Below, piece after piece: positions 27,266-41,193 of a DNA stretch of 64,000 nt. The DNA lies in the NCBI GenBank assembly GCA_030141605.1, contig JAQGDQ010000169.1, positions 372,001-436,000 on the forward strand. Direction: 5' to 3'. Both the position numbers and the translations under genes were made by a program. Every line of letters begins with the position of its first letter. Position 1 is the first letter of the stretch. The notes under the pieces were generated by a model. It ran no database searches. It was not told the DNA's origin and saw only the letters and a list, made by a program, of their open reading frames with translations. Origin of the DNA: Tubiluchus corallicola (Eukaryota; Animalia; Priapulida).

Positions 27266-28566
27266 CATTAAAATTGTTGCTGAGATTGTCCTTTACTGAA
27301 CCACAATTTTTGGCTGCGTTTACATGCTGTTAACTCGGTCTCAGTTACTCAGTCACTGCGTGGCATTAACTGAATTTTATCAAAAAGTGTGGGCGAGGTA
27401 AAAGGAAAATCATGTTCTTGTGAAACATGCATGTAATCAGATCATTATTTCAATGCTTAATTGACTCTTATTTGCATTTTCGTTTTTACCATAGAAGAAA
27501 AAGTATATCAACGTAAATAATCGTTTGCTTGCGCGCAATTCTATTTGCACATTTGCCCATTAACATTATTGTTATTTTAGATTTAGTAGTCGGTCAAAAG
27601 GTCCCTTGTTTTACTATACACACATACACATGAAAAGGTAAATCACCACCAATAATTTCCAGCTCAAGATGAAACCTACGTTCGTCTGCAACAAGAAAAT
27701 GCGTATTTTTGAACTAATAGGCCGTTTTCAACTATTCATCTATTCTATAAATTTCAACTCTTCCTAAACTAGATAAGTTAATTTTATTCCTTTAAGAATG
27801 GCACCTTCAAGAAAATTATCTGATCTATACCTAGTTTTTACGATGAAACGTCACTTGTCAGCTTTTAATTCACCTTTATATTACTTATTTCTGAAAAAAC
27901 ATCTGGTGTATTTTGCTAGCTTACGTACTAACCATACAAATTGTAACAATAATACGGATTAAGCATTTATGAGCTATATTGTAAGCATAAATGTACCAAA
28001 ATTAACGTGATACAGTTAGGTTATTACGTTGTTGAACTCAACAAATTAAATAAAAGTGGAATTAAATTAAATAGTATTTTGCAAGAGTTAGTTTAACCTT
28101 TTCTTACGTTTATTTAGTTGATGAAATCAAATCCAATATAAAATTTAATTGCATTATTGCTTCCTGTAGAATAGCTACTAAGAATTTTAAATTTGGTTCA
28201 TTCTTATAAATTAACGTATAAGCTGCTTAGTACGAAATCGACTAGAATTGAATAGATATTTTTGTTTTTTATTTTTTAGCATGCATTTTCCCACCCAACG
28301 TCTAAGGTAAAATGGTTCGAGTTAGAAAGCTATCTTTCTTTCAGGACTTCTCCTTGCAGTTTAGCCGCGTACACCTGAATATCGGGATTCACTAATAATA
28401 CAGCCGATAGAAACTTTGTATTAAATAATACGTAGTTTCGTAAACTTTATATAATTCTCCACACACACTACTGCTGCTGATTTGAAAATATAACTTATTT
28501 TAGTTAATTAGAATTTGTTTTTAATGATATAATACTAATAAGATAATGCAATAGCAGAAAACTTAC

Positions 28567-28765
28567 GTTTCAAAGCAAAAATCGTCAGTGTTATTTCTTA
28601 CAAAAAGTTTTCATCAATAAGTCGACAGCGTGTGCCTATCAAATGCCGATCAAGTGATTTCTGGCTTTCTGCACTTATTGACTGATTTGGTAGGTGTTTC
28701 AAGCCGACATGCGTCGACCAAGCCAAACCCGAACTGCTCTACAGGCTATTAACTTGGTGACGTCA
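28567..28765 (-). promoter_or_regulatory. Candidate promoter and non-coding first exon of the minus-strand peptide gene
   Basis: Perfect CRE TGACGTCA at 28758-28765, Inr TCAGTC at 28685-28680, consensus GTAAGT donor at 28566. Confidence 0.4.
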
Positions 28766-31700
28766 TTAGTAAATTAATGAGTATTCAGGCTGAATTGCAG
28801 GTAAAAGCTATACCACAAACGTAGCTCTTGACTTCGACCCTTTATTAATAACGATGACTGGGAAAATGTGCATTGCTTAGTAAATAAAAAAATAGGCATT
28901 GAATGCCAACGCATTATTTCGACTATGCAGTTTATACGATAATTGGTGGCATTTTAGCATGAATATATTATTTTTGCAGCAATATAAATGCCAGAACCCG
29001 GCGAGGGTGATCACGATTTGAGGTTCTCTAGAAGAATGTCTGCTTTCTAGGCCATACGACCGGAAAAAATGAAGGTCTGCTATAGATTTATATAGATACA
29101 TTGCGCACAGGGTCTTAGCGAAAGAGATGGTGCATCGTAAGTTGTGATCAGATACAGGACTGATGATGATGACGACGACGACGACGACGACGATGATGAT
29201 AAAGACGACGATGAAAGAAAGGAGAGGAGGAGGAGGAGAAGAGGGTGAGGAGAAGTCATTCTTTAGAGTATATGTTAAGGTGTTTTCTTTTTTAAAGTAA
29301 GCTACAACAATACAGGGGGCAGCTTTATTTCTGAGCCTTCTTTTATTTTGTTTCTATTTACATGCCACTTATCTTAAAACAGCTTATAATCAAATTTTCA
29401 AACTTTACCTTTATTTGTAGATATAAATTAACATATTTCATATTGCAAATGAATGTGAATTTTATGTAAATGTGAAACCATAAAACTGAACGATAAAACT
29501 ATACAGTAGTTTAACTACTGTATAAGACATTGTGAAATTCCAAAAGATAAAATTCACAAACAAACACGGATGAATGTACACCCACAATCTCCTGCGTACT
29601 ACCACAAAGAAAGATTAAGATTAAGGGATATACGTACGTGCTTTATATGCCACGTCTTAAAATCAAATTCAACAACAACAACAAAAACTAAGAAGTGGGT
29701 GGCTCAAGAACAAAGTTAGACCTTTCAGTAACAGCCGTTCAGTACCGTTCAGTACTTCAGTATCCACAGCGGCAAAACCTCAGCACCCATAACCCCGGAC
29801 GAGGGATGTGAAAGATCGCGCGCTGGTCTACATTATTATAGTATCGCCTAAATGATCCAACGTGTCTCATATACGCCAGCAAATGAATTCTTCATAATCA
29901 TTATATAGCCCTACAATTACTTACATGACAAGTACTGACGATTGCCTTCATTATTCCACAAAAATTCGAAAAAAGAACATGACCAGTAAAAAAATTTTCT
30001 CACGAGGCATTTTAATACATCTTATATATTCACAGAATGTATCAAACACATACTAGTAAAGTACCACCATTATAACACTAAGGCCAGGCTTCAGTAAACT
30101 GTCATTCACCTATCAACATGGAACACTACACACAGGTAAGGACAGATCCAAGTTTCAAATGCATTTATTATTATTAGTGAATCGTAGTCGTTGTGTCTCT
30201 TGAAGTTCACAAAAGCAGCAAAAGAGAAAGAGGAAATTAAAAGAAATATTAAAAGCAAAAAGGAACGACACGAAGAAAGGAATATTCAAAGCAGCAAGAA
30301 AACAACGTGAAGAAAACAAGGAATATTAGCAACAGCAAGAGAACAACATGAAAACAGCAAAGAATTAAAATTTTGTGTTTTGCACTCACTTCAGTGTTAC
30401 AATAGTAATTTAGAAATCACACATACAAGATCCCAATATACAAACACGCTTACAAAATCACATATACATCATACAGTCGCATATAAAAACACATTAGCAA
30501 TAAACTTCAGAAAATGGCGACCACATAAAAAATACAAATAAGGCATTGTTCACACAAAAGTATTATGCACTTAAAACTAATCATTGCATTTTACGCTCCG
30601 TGATGATGAATTCGTAAGCAAAAGTGTATATTTTTAAGCTAGAGCGTTTAAGTTTGGTTTTGACTTAACGCATTTTGAATAAAGACCTATGGGACGCTGT
30701 TGGTCTTAATTACGACCCGGGATTTATCACATACTAATATCTTGAGCTTTATTTGTTTTTTACTTCTTACACTTCCCACACAAGAGCCAAAACATTGTTT
30801 TCACACAGTTGACTCTTCTGCTTTGACCCTGCGTTATAAATGGTATGGTCTGCCACTTCTGCTGAATGACTGTGGCGGTACCGGCTCTCTCGTTATCATC
30901 TTTTAACCTGAACATTACTGAACCGCAAGCGATGTCTTAGTTACATTCTCTTGTCTTAACAATATAAATGTCTCGAAACAGTAACGATAGATGAAGCCGC
31001 TTAGAAGTAGTTTTACTAGCAGTCACTCACTAATTTACTAATCAGGCTCACTACAGCTTAATTTTCACGGCACTGATCACTGAATCACTTAACTATTCCC
31101 CTCGCCCTTTAAGAAATTAAGTATACGACACTACTAAACCTAGTCCTTCTCTATACTGAAACCGGTAGAAATTGACAATACACATGAAAGATTACTTAAA
31201 CATGCTGAATTTGAAACGCGAACTACAAAAATGACCCTGACCTCATAACCGAGAGGCTTAACCGAGCTCTGTTTAGTTTAAGTTAATTTAACACTAAAAA
31301 ATTATTTTAGCATTAGTCGTTAAGAACAAAAATTAATATTGTTTTAGAATAAAATGACGATTGTTTAAAACCATTTACAAATTAACGTTAAAAGAGCTCT
31401 TGAAAACTGCTGCTAAATAGTAATAACTGTACGTGCTAATCTCATTTCTGTAATTATTGACATCATCATCATCATCATCATCGTTGTCGTCGTCATCATC
31501 ATCATGAAAGCAATATTTACATTTGTGGATGGCGTCGTCATATCGAAAAAATTTCAGAAGGTCTGGTACTTCAATGTGCTATATGTAGCCGGTTTGGTTT
31601 CATAACACCTGATCAATGAAGTAGAATACCTTGATGTAAAAATATTGGGCTAGAGAGCATCAAAAACTAGTCTTATCAAATTAAGCAAGATGATTTCATT

Positions 31701-32179
31701 GCGGCGAGCCTAGATTGACTAAAAATATCCCTTTGGCTTGCTTATTTTCACATCATGAAAAATTTTCAACATTTCATTCTTAATCTGTTTCGCCGACTTT
31801 TAGTAGGTGACAGCGCGGACGCACTACCCTATCATCAAACATTCCACTAGATGTACCACATGGTATTTGTTTAATCAGCACCAGAACGCGCTAACATTTT
31901 TGAGGCAATACTTCTCATGAAGATCTCATAAAAATATTTGCTGTTAATTGTTCTTCCATTAGGTTACAATAAAAACATGCAAGCTTGCTGTGCGTTCAGA
32001 CTAGAGTTTTCTTTCGTATATTTACAGTATGTAAACGTGCAGATCACGCCGCCTGGGACAAAAACTGCCGCGAATACATAGCAGCAGAAAGTCGCTTAAA
32101 CACTTAATATTTCTACCACATCTCGACGCGCACAGGCTGATGACGCTCACCAAACATATTTCAACAGTGTTTCTATACC

Positions 32180-34750
32180 TGATTTTCTCGACACGAACCT
32201 GCTGAACATTCAAACCCTAGATAATCAAGATCATAACTCTGTCTACGAAGATCAACCATCAAAGTACATGTATTACGAAAAGGAAGCTCTTAAAGAGAGA
32301 TTAAATAACGATGCCCAAATCTTCGCAATTTTGCACTTCAATACTATATCGCTGAACGCTAACAAACATGAATTATTGTGTGAACTGCTGATGAACATTA
32401 AAAACAGCTTGTAGGATTTCAGAGACAATAACTAATGTAGACATTAAAGACTACCATCCTATAAGTCGTGAAGTACGTGATGATTCTCCCACAGCAAGTG
32501 GTGCTTGTTGTTTATTTGTGAGTAAAGATTTAAATATGTATCTAACCAATTACGTACGCCGTTTTGTGAAAATGTTTGGATAGAAATTATCAGTGCAAGT
32601 GCTGAAAAAAACTTAATAATTGGCTTGACATATCGTCATCCTTGGATCCTGAAACGAGAAATTGAGAATTTTACAAATTTGTTAAACTCTAATCTCAAAA
32701 AAATTAATAGTGAACACAAAGAATGCTATATTATGGGTAATATGAACTTAAATATTCTTGACTATGAAACTAATGGGGTGATTTTTAACTATGTAAATAT
32801 GATATGGTCAAACTCATATAAGTCATTAATTACGAAGCCAACCAGAATTGTGGCAAACCAAAATCCGTCATGTCTAGATCACATCTACACTAACAACCTT
32901 CAGTCAAAATCGGTGCTGGAATAATCCCTTATGATATAAACGACCATTTTGGGGTTTCCTGTGTTTTTAGCAAGAAAAATTGTAATGACTCAGTTAATAT
33001 GCGTATGTATATTCATGATTTTAAAAGGCTGTCCACAACAGATTTCAAAAACGACATATGTATCTCGATGGCAGAAGTCTCTGCTGAACTTTAACTAATA
33101 GCTGATCCTGAAGAAATGTACAACATTTTCAGGATAGGATAATTAAAGCACTTGACGACCACACCCCATATAGTCGTAAAGAAGCCAAATGGAAACTCAG
33201 ACCATGGATTACCCATGGAATTTTAAAATCAAATAAAACGAAACAGCGTATAGATGAAAATGTATCTAAAAGTGGAAAATCAGAAAAGAAATACAAAAAA
33301 ATTTTGAACGTACCCACCCATGTTAAAGAGAAAAGCAAAAAATTATAACCTTATCTACGAAGCTCTTGATAATAAAAAATTTAGTTTAGTTTATTTATTG
33401 ATCTTACTAAATCATTTGACACAGTTGATTTTGATATTCTTCTAGAAAAATTATGCTTTTATGGTGTCAAAAGTACTGAATTACAGTGGTTCAAAAATTA
33501 TTTATTTGACAGACAACAGTATGTTGAAATTCAAAATGTTTGCTCTGAGCTTATGAAAATTACTTGTGGTGTACCGTAAGGGTCAATTTTGGGACCCTTG
33601 CTTTTTTGTTCTACATCAATGATCTGCCTAACATATCCAGACTGCTCAGTTTTAGATTATTTGCAGATGATACGAAAATATTTTATGCAAATGCTAAGTT
33701 AAGTGAAATTCAATATGTCATCATTCATCAGAGCTGCCTAAGTTAAGTATGCGGTTTCACACCAATAAATTATAGTTAAGCCTAAAAGAAACTAGCTATG
33801 TTATTTTCAGAGGTAGATCTATTATAAAAATTTTACAGTTTGTCTTAATGGGTGTAATGTAAAAGAAAGGGAGTATGTTTAATACTTAGGTGCAATTTTA
33901 GACAACATAATGACTTGGAAACAGGATATAAATTATATAAAGGTAAAACTTGTTCGGTCTTGTGGTGTATTGCATAAATTCGGCTTGTATACCCATGTAG
34001 AAACTCTTGTAAAGGTTTACTTTGCTATTGTTTACCCTTATCTTTGCTAAGGATTATTAAGTTATGGATCTACTTTAGATACGAATCTCAAACCTCTGCA
34101 AACATTACAAAACAAATGTATTAGAACCATTTATAAACTTCCTCGATTAACAATCGTGATCACATGTATTATAGCCATAGATATCTTAGAATTAATGAAT
34201 TGTATCATCGTGAATGTCTATTGTTTCAGTACAAGCAAGCATGTATTATAATGGGCTCCTTCATCCTACATTTGCCAATAATTTAATTCCTGTTCAACAA
34301 ATCCATAACTATTTTACTCGTAGAGCTGTTGATAACTACTATCCTCCTGCCATTCACACTAGTTACGGTTACCGCAATCGTTCATATACTGCTATCCAAT
34401 AATGGGCTCAAATTGCTCTTTAGGCAAAAGAATTTAAATGACAAGGTTTTAAAAAGTATATATTTGATTTGTTACTAACTCGTTACCTAACCTGTTACTT
34501 GGCGTTTTTAAGTACCTCTGGTCTCATTTGTCTGTATTATTATCATTGTTTTTATAGCTGAATATTGTTTTAACTTTGAGCTATTTTGTATCCACTCAGG
34601 GTGTGTCACGCTCCTACTGTCTTCGAGGTTTATTTGTATAATTTTCAAACCGTACCTGTTTTTATTATCGTATTGTTGTTATCATTATGTATATGGTTCA
34701 ACGTTTTGTGTTGCAAATCAGCCAAATAAAAAAATATTGAGTTGAATTGA
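32180..34750 (+). mobile_element. Decayed non-LTR retrotransposon (CR1/L2 group) ORF2 with an internal deletion
   Basis: APE endonuclease motifs ILHFN, YRHP, GNMNLN, SCLDHIYTN, DHF; linker PWITHGILKS; RT motifs FIDLTKSFDTVDFDILL, GVP*GSILGPLLFLFYINDLP, LFADDT; AATAAA plus (TTGA)-like tail. The N-terminal RT part is missing near 33350. Confidence 0.93.
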
Positions 34751-37121
34751 GAGTAAACTCGCAATTGTGAACGGTTGGCAAGTTCTCTTGCAAGTTATTG
34801 CAAACTCGGTGAACTTGCGAGAGAACTCTCTAGTCTGAACGCGCAATTAGTAATAATAAGTTTTCAGTACAGCGTCACCTAAAAGATTTGGAAATTAGAC
34901 AACAGAATGTTAGACAACTTGGTAATATCAGATATCCTCGTGATATCCTATTTTATATAGATAGTGGTAAAGCTAGTAATTTTTGACATAATCTTGCAAT
35001 TATGAAAATGCTTATTAACGATCCCATCTATGTCTAGCTGATTTTATAACTATGCTGTCAGTCTGTTTAACATTTTTGTAAAACTGATGAGTTTACAATT
35101 ATTATCAATTAAAGAATGTCCCACTAGTATCGCAGGATATTATTCTTACTTATCTTACCTTAATTATATTATTTTAATTATCAGGCACATTAGTAATACG
35201 TAGAGCACATAAGTCTTGGAGTCCTTGTATCTGTATATTGACTTAGAACGTTGCGCCATCTGTTAACGATAATATGACTTAGCTTTACATTATGCACACA
35301 TTCTATAAAACCTAAATTATTTTCGACTCAGGCCTGCTTGACTTTTAGCTTAGACTTAATACACAAAGATGAAAGAGCTCAGGAAGAAAATATTTTGTTA
35401 GTTGCACATGCCAGTCATAATGAAACTTTTAAACTGAGTCCTATAAACAGTTAAACACAGCAACTGCTCAATAGTCATCATCTTACAGTACTACTTCTTT
35501 TTTGGACATGCTTTTTACAAGTAGCCTATGCTCAAGTGTTTACCTATAGCAAAAGGCTACATACTAAAGTTATTATTGAATTATCTGCTTTGGCTATTGA
35601 AATCTTGAGCTAATTCTTGATGTCAAATAAAAAAACTGCATGCTAAGATAAGCAAATACAATACCTGCTCTGCATAATAAAAATTTTCACAGACATTAGC
35701 ATATGAAGACATGCAGCAGCAATTGTTAACAATTTTTGCTACAGAAAAATGTTCAATAATGCTGTTACAGATTTTATCTAAAGCTATGTTGATGTTCAGA
35801 ACTGGTAATTTGTTGCTTTTTTCAAATATCTGTGCTGAAGAATGTGTAAATTCAAGTTTTATTATCAAAATTATAATGAATGTTCAATAATAACATTAAC
35901 ATTTGTAATGAAATTTAATCATTGATTAGTTATTTTTATAATTTTGTACCACATGGCAATGACACCAGATGGCAGCACATTTTAGCAAAATACCCGTAGG
36001 AATTCAATACACATTTTCACAAATTTTGTGAATCGCCAGTGAAAATACATTTGTTGCCCCTTCAGTACACTTTTGTTAACTAACTAATGACATAACCTTA
36101 TTAAAGTATATGAACATAATTTATGTAGAGTACATGTGTACGAAAAAAATTAGTAAGAAGGGAATTTTGAATAGAGAGCAAATTTTAATCCAAAAGTTAC
36201 ACTGAAATAGTCAGAAGTCAATTGTTAAAAATCAGCAATTTCATACACTAATTACACATAACACAATTTTATACAACATTACACTGACTGAACACTGAAA
36301 ATGATGAATGTTGCAACTAAAATCAAGAATTACCTAAATACATTGCACTGTTATGCCATTCGATGTAATTCAAAAAGATTTTGTGTCACAGACTTAAGTC
36401 ATGAGGCATTTCCTTGATATGTTGCAAGAAAAACTGTTGGGTCTTTAAATAAATTGCACCATTCAAATTACAGCGTGCAAACCAAGCTAAATGACTGCAA
36501 GCATAATATACAATATGTATCATAATTCACACAAAAACGTATTAACCACACTATTACACAGAACAACTATGTGTTCAATTCATATAATCATTAAAGCTCA
36601 TATTATCTACAACATGTTTCTTATACAAGAAAAGCTAGATACCTGCTGCCAAGCAATACAAATGTTTGGCTTTGACAAATTCACTGAAAGCAGCAACCAA
36701 GTTAAATAAAAAGAGCAAATTAAATAACTTATATCTGAATGACTTTACATCAACACTTCTTTATTTAATACAGAAATTAAACAACAGCAAACTATGAGTA
36801 CAATATGAGATTATGTAAAATGAGTACACAAACTGTCACAAATCACTGAAAAAGTGGACTAGAGTGATAGGCCTATTAAACTTCTTCAGTTTGTCTACTG
36901 ACACACTGGCAAAGTCCAAATTGTGACACAACAATGAAAAAAAATACGTTCAAATCACATCAATTAAGCAAGCTAAAATTCTGAAAGCATTCTGGTCAAG
37001 ACAGATCCTTCTAGTAACAAAACTTTTGTGCATATTCCTAGACAATTTTTCAAAACATATATTTTTTGGTCGAAAAATATAAGGCAAGTCTGTTCACATA
37101 AGCACCGACAAGCGTCAAACA

Positions 37122-37393
37122 TTACTCGTCTTTTTTCGACTGGTTCACTTCCTCTGCTGCTTTCTTAGCTTTCAGCAACATCTCTTCTTGTTTAGCGCTC
37201 AAGTCTCTTTCCCTCTTTTCTCGGCTTGTCACCTGGTAATAAACGATTAATCTGCAAGTGAGGAGTAAAGACATTACCAGTTGTCCAGACATGCGGTCAA
37301 AACCATCGTCTCTAAGGTAGTGGCTGGTCAGGGACAAACATTGCAAGAGTATCAGAACAACATTGGCAAGCAGTTTCACGTATCTCAGAATAC
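37122..37393 (-). CDS. TMEM35: TMEM35/NACHO exon 3
   Basis: gatgcag acceptor; (G)ILRYVKLLANVVLILLQCLSLTSHY...LLLTCRLIVYYQ...KKDE*; LLTCRL is a family signature. Confidence 0.9.
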
Positions 37394-38304
37394 CTGCATC
37401 AAATTCAAGAAAAAATGGTTAACAATACAAGACATTTAGGTTTATTTAGTATGCCTGCTACCTATCATGGCTGTACTGTAATCGGTTTTAAAAAAAGCTG
37501 AATGCCAAACACTAGCTGAAATTTTTTCTTTCCAAACTGACAAAAGAGTCATTTGTTAATAAACTTAAATCAAGTAATTTTCCAACTGAAAATCATAAAA
37601 CAACCAATATTTAAAACACTAAAAGGATGTGAATTAAAAAGATTTCTAAATATTCTACAAGTGAATAAAAATCCATGAAAGTGAATATTTAGCATAGTCC
37701 TGGTAACCGCAACAATGATTCACATATATGTTAAACCAAAAACATAAGCATAAAAGCTACAAAAACTACATTGCACTGATCACATTTTCAGAAACATAGA
37801 AACAAAAACAAGACAAAAGTTACTTTAACTCTATCACTAAAATTATAAATTGTCATGTTTTCAGTAGTTTTTGCTTTATTTAATTAAATTTCTAACATTC
37901 TGCTTTGAAAATGCACTAAACATGCAAAATATGGCATATGGTGGCTTAGAAACTTACTTGCTATTTTGAAAAGCTTCAAACCAGACTAAATTAAAACCAA
38001 TTTATTTGCAAAGATACCAAAAGTCATTGAGGTCAGCATTTCAGCTTGACAAAATGACTGCAACTTTATAGCACTCTCATTGCTAAATGCTCTGGATGAA
38101 CTTTGTACTAACTGAATGTTCCAATACAATTCTGAATTCTTCGACAAAAACCAGTAAGAATTTGATTGTTAGTGGTATAAACTCCAGTTAGGGGACTAGT
38201 TTGAGGGAATGCCATCAGGAACACAGAAGCAGTATATAAGCAAACTGAAATAACTTAAATCCAAATCACACAGAGAGTTACCAATGGATATATACAAAAC
38301 TTAC

Positions 38305-38446
38305 CTTTCCCAGGCAGCAAAACAAGCAAAGCTCCACATATAATCTCAGCATACCCGTAAGTGAGTCTATAGTAACGAGCATGTGGTCGCCAGCCATGAT
38401 ACTTTGCCAATGGAAAGTAATGAGAGTATGAGATAAAAACACTTTT
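38305..38446 (-). CDS. TMEM35: TMEM35/NACHO exon 2 (142 nt)
   Basis: tttcag / GTAAGT; KSVFISYSHYFPLAKYHGWRPHARYYRLTYGYAEIICGALLVLLPGK, matching the GxxExxCG..PG motif. Confidence 0.9.
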
Positions 38447-38581
38447 CTGAAATATAATTTGCAATTAGCTAAATTTAAATATACTAGTGTAATGTAGCCT
38501 AGAAAGGTACTATGAATAGGTGTACTGTACATGTTTAGTTCACACTCAAGACGAGGGTGAGCTATAATTTGAATATAAATA

Positions 38582-39470
38582 CAGTAGGTGCCATTTATTA
38601 GACTCACGGTTAATAGAATCAGTCACCTAACTGACTCAAAAATGCAAGGTATGGGCTGCTCCTATTCAAATGTATATAAAAACTGCCAGCAAATGACTCA
38701 AGTGACTCTGCATAATTGACTCAGTTTTTTTCCTTCACCAACTTAAGACTCTTGTGTGTGATCAAAATGTTTTTATTGCTTTTATGTCTCTTTACTCTCT
38801 TGTGATCTACTTGTAATATACATAGAAACAGTCATGTTTAGTACAGCTTTGTTTGTAAGCATGTATGTTCATCATACACTAATATGCTAGCATAGCGGTT
38901 TTGCTTTAATCTGCTACCCGCTCATCTGCTGCAGTTAACCTTGTTGTTTCTGGAAGCTAAACATTTAATCACTTGCCCATTGGTTTGCTTTTGAAACTCC
39001 TGCTTCCTGTCATAGAAGAAACAAGATCACCACCAACTACAGTTCAAGCACTAGGTGACTAGGTGTTTTGCGTGAATATGTGCAGCATACAGCAACAGAT
39101 TTTCACATTTTTCAATGTTTTTCTCCGTATGGGCATTTCATATATCAACTTCTTCGTGAAGAAATGAAACAAGTGACCTTGCACGAATTTTTGTAATTTC
39201 TAGTGGTAATAATCAGATTTGCACGATTTTCTTTTTTTTATTAATTCGCTTATGTAAATTAGTATTCTTAAATAACAGCACACAGTAATTTTAACATTAA
39301 TTCGTTTCTAAAATTCATTTAAAGCTTTTGCAAATGAACACTAAGGTGATGAGTGACGACTCATACTTCTATAGTAGTAATATGGTACACCCGTCAGCTA
39401 ATTGATTCAGTTGGTTAATTGGGTCAAAATACTTCCATTCCAAAGTGAGTCTATTAAGCGGCGCCTACTG
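38582..39470. mobile_element. Tc1/mariner (pogo/Tigger-like) non-autonomous element in TMEM35 intron 1
   Basis: TA|CAGTAGGTGCCATTTATTAGACTCAC ... GTGAGTCTATTAAGCGGCGCCTACTG|TA: 26-bp imperfect TIRs with TA TSD. A related end lies near 52315-52340. Confidence 0.8.
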
Positions 39471-39594
39471 TACATTACCAATTGCCAAGTGCTAAAATAT
39501 TCCAGTATAAGATTTAATATAATTGACATCACATGTTAATTTACGGAAAGAATACAATTACATATCATTTCATTTTCAAGATAAAAAACGTTAA

Positions 39595-39606
39595 CTCTCT
39601 CTCTCC

Positions 39607-39639
<33 letters not shown>

Positions 39640-39665
39640 CCTCCCTCTCTCTCTCTCTCTCTCTC
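39595..39665. repeat. (CT)n microsatellite
   Basis: Directly visible. Confidence 0.9.
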
Positions 39666-40467
39666 ACCCATTTATGGCTGGAAGTATGGATGGTATTGTG
39701 CATATGTATATATTTTGTACTGTTATTTTATTTATATATGTACTAATTTGTATGTTGGGAGGAGGTGTTATAATTATTGTAAGTATGTTATATATTCTAT
39801 GAATCTAGTTCGAAAATAAATAGTTAAATCAAATCAAAATCAAATCTCTCTCTCTCTCTCTGATTCAGCTTGCTGCTTAGATATTTATGAAAATCAGCAT
39901 GACAACTAGGAATGCATGAATAAAAGGCGTTAGTATGATGGTATTACATTGGTAAGCAAGGTCGGTGCCAGGCTATTTTAAAATTTAAGCCCTTGGCAAG
40001 GCCTGTTACTTCTTAAGTCAACTTCGACTTTAAAACATATTTGTTGAAAAAATAAAAACTTATTTTTTTTAAATTACAATAGTTACCGTAAGATGCTAAT
40101 ACTGCCAAAACTAAAAATGAGGTAGTGTTTTTTCCGATTTACTGTCACCCGTAAGGCTGACGCTTTTCAAAACGCGAGCTATGCTAAATTAGACACCTAC
40201 AGTATATATACTGTATTATATTCACCTAAATGGCTGCAAAGACTTTATACTTTATAGACTTTGTACTTTGCTAAAAGACACTACAATATTTTATTTTGTT
40301 TAGCAGATGCACGAAACACAGCAAACAATGTAAATAACCCTTACATGGCAAAAACAGAAACACAAGACTTAAGCAGCCATTAAATCACAGTATCTACCTG
40401 TTTACTACCACCATGTACTAACACCTTTCATTCATGTACTTACGGCAAGGGATTAAAAACGACTTAC

Positions 40468-40578
40468 AAATTGTTTATTTGTTTCCTCATTAACTTTTGG
40501 TGTGACCTTCAAAATGCCAACAAAACAAAAGTATAGACCAAGGGTGATTGAAAGAACGCGTAAAGCCAGTGCCGCCAT
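40468..40578 (-). CDS. TMEM35: TMEM35/NACHO exon 1 (alternative in-frame ATG at 40590)
   Basis: MAALALRVLSITLGLYFCFVGILKVTPKVNEETNKQF|GTAAGT, matching the NACHO N-terminus (LSVALGLFFVFMGTIKLTP). Spliced product about 174 aa. Confidence 0.9.
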
Positions 40579-41193
40579 CCTTATAGACATTCCTCCAATC
40601 TCTTCTCAGGGACGAAAAGCAGATAATGGTAGTAGATCATACACAAACTAGTCCCTAATAAACGATGAAGCTCATTCGTCCGTCGAACCATAAACTCGAC
40701 ACAGTCACAAGTATAAATAGTACACTGATCTAGGCAATCTAGTAATATAGACCGTCAACGTCATAAACAAACACAAATGCATAGTGAAACATGTTACGTT
40801 AGCTCTAAACGTCAAAAACAACCATAAGTAAAAAACTAAAAAAAGCTTTCTATAAAGAAGAAAACACTGTTACAGCACACCGTCAATATCAAAATTTGAT
40901 GCTAGACAACTGCTCAACAGTTTTGCATTTCATTTTCTTCGAGTTTTCTGCTTGCACCCTTGATGGTGAGTAGGTAAATGATTTAATATAATTTCTGAGT
41001 AATTTCAAACGATTACTTAAAGGTTTACAAGGAATGGTACGATAGTAACACTACCAGGACCATATAATGGATTCACATAATGATGCACAATTCAAATCGC
41101 TTTATTTTTCAAATTACTTGGCATATTTCACACCGACCTTTCTACGTCACTTTGCCTCACGGTTTTGCCTCGATTCCCTCGAAAGTATGATTA

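Larger units (their letters stand above)
24856..27685 (-). pseudogene. Probable disabled gene for a secreted Cys-rich peptide precursor (exons 27685-27628, 25464-25339, 25016-24856)
   Basis: Three phase-compatible exons with AG/GT ends: hydrophobic signal-like exon starting ACG, 126-nt middle exon with two in-frame stops, and an open 7-Cys terminal exon. Confidence 0.45.

Noticed and set aside
29804-30025. 7SK-like start GGATGTG..GATC..GATC near a HEXIM gene
   Set aside because: Bases flanking the two GATC motifs do not pair, and no 3' hairpin with an oligo-T terminator is visible.
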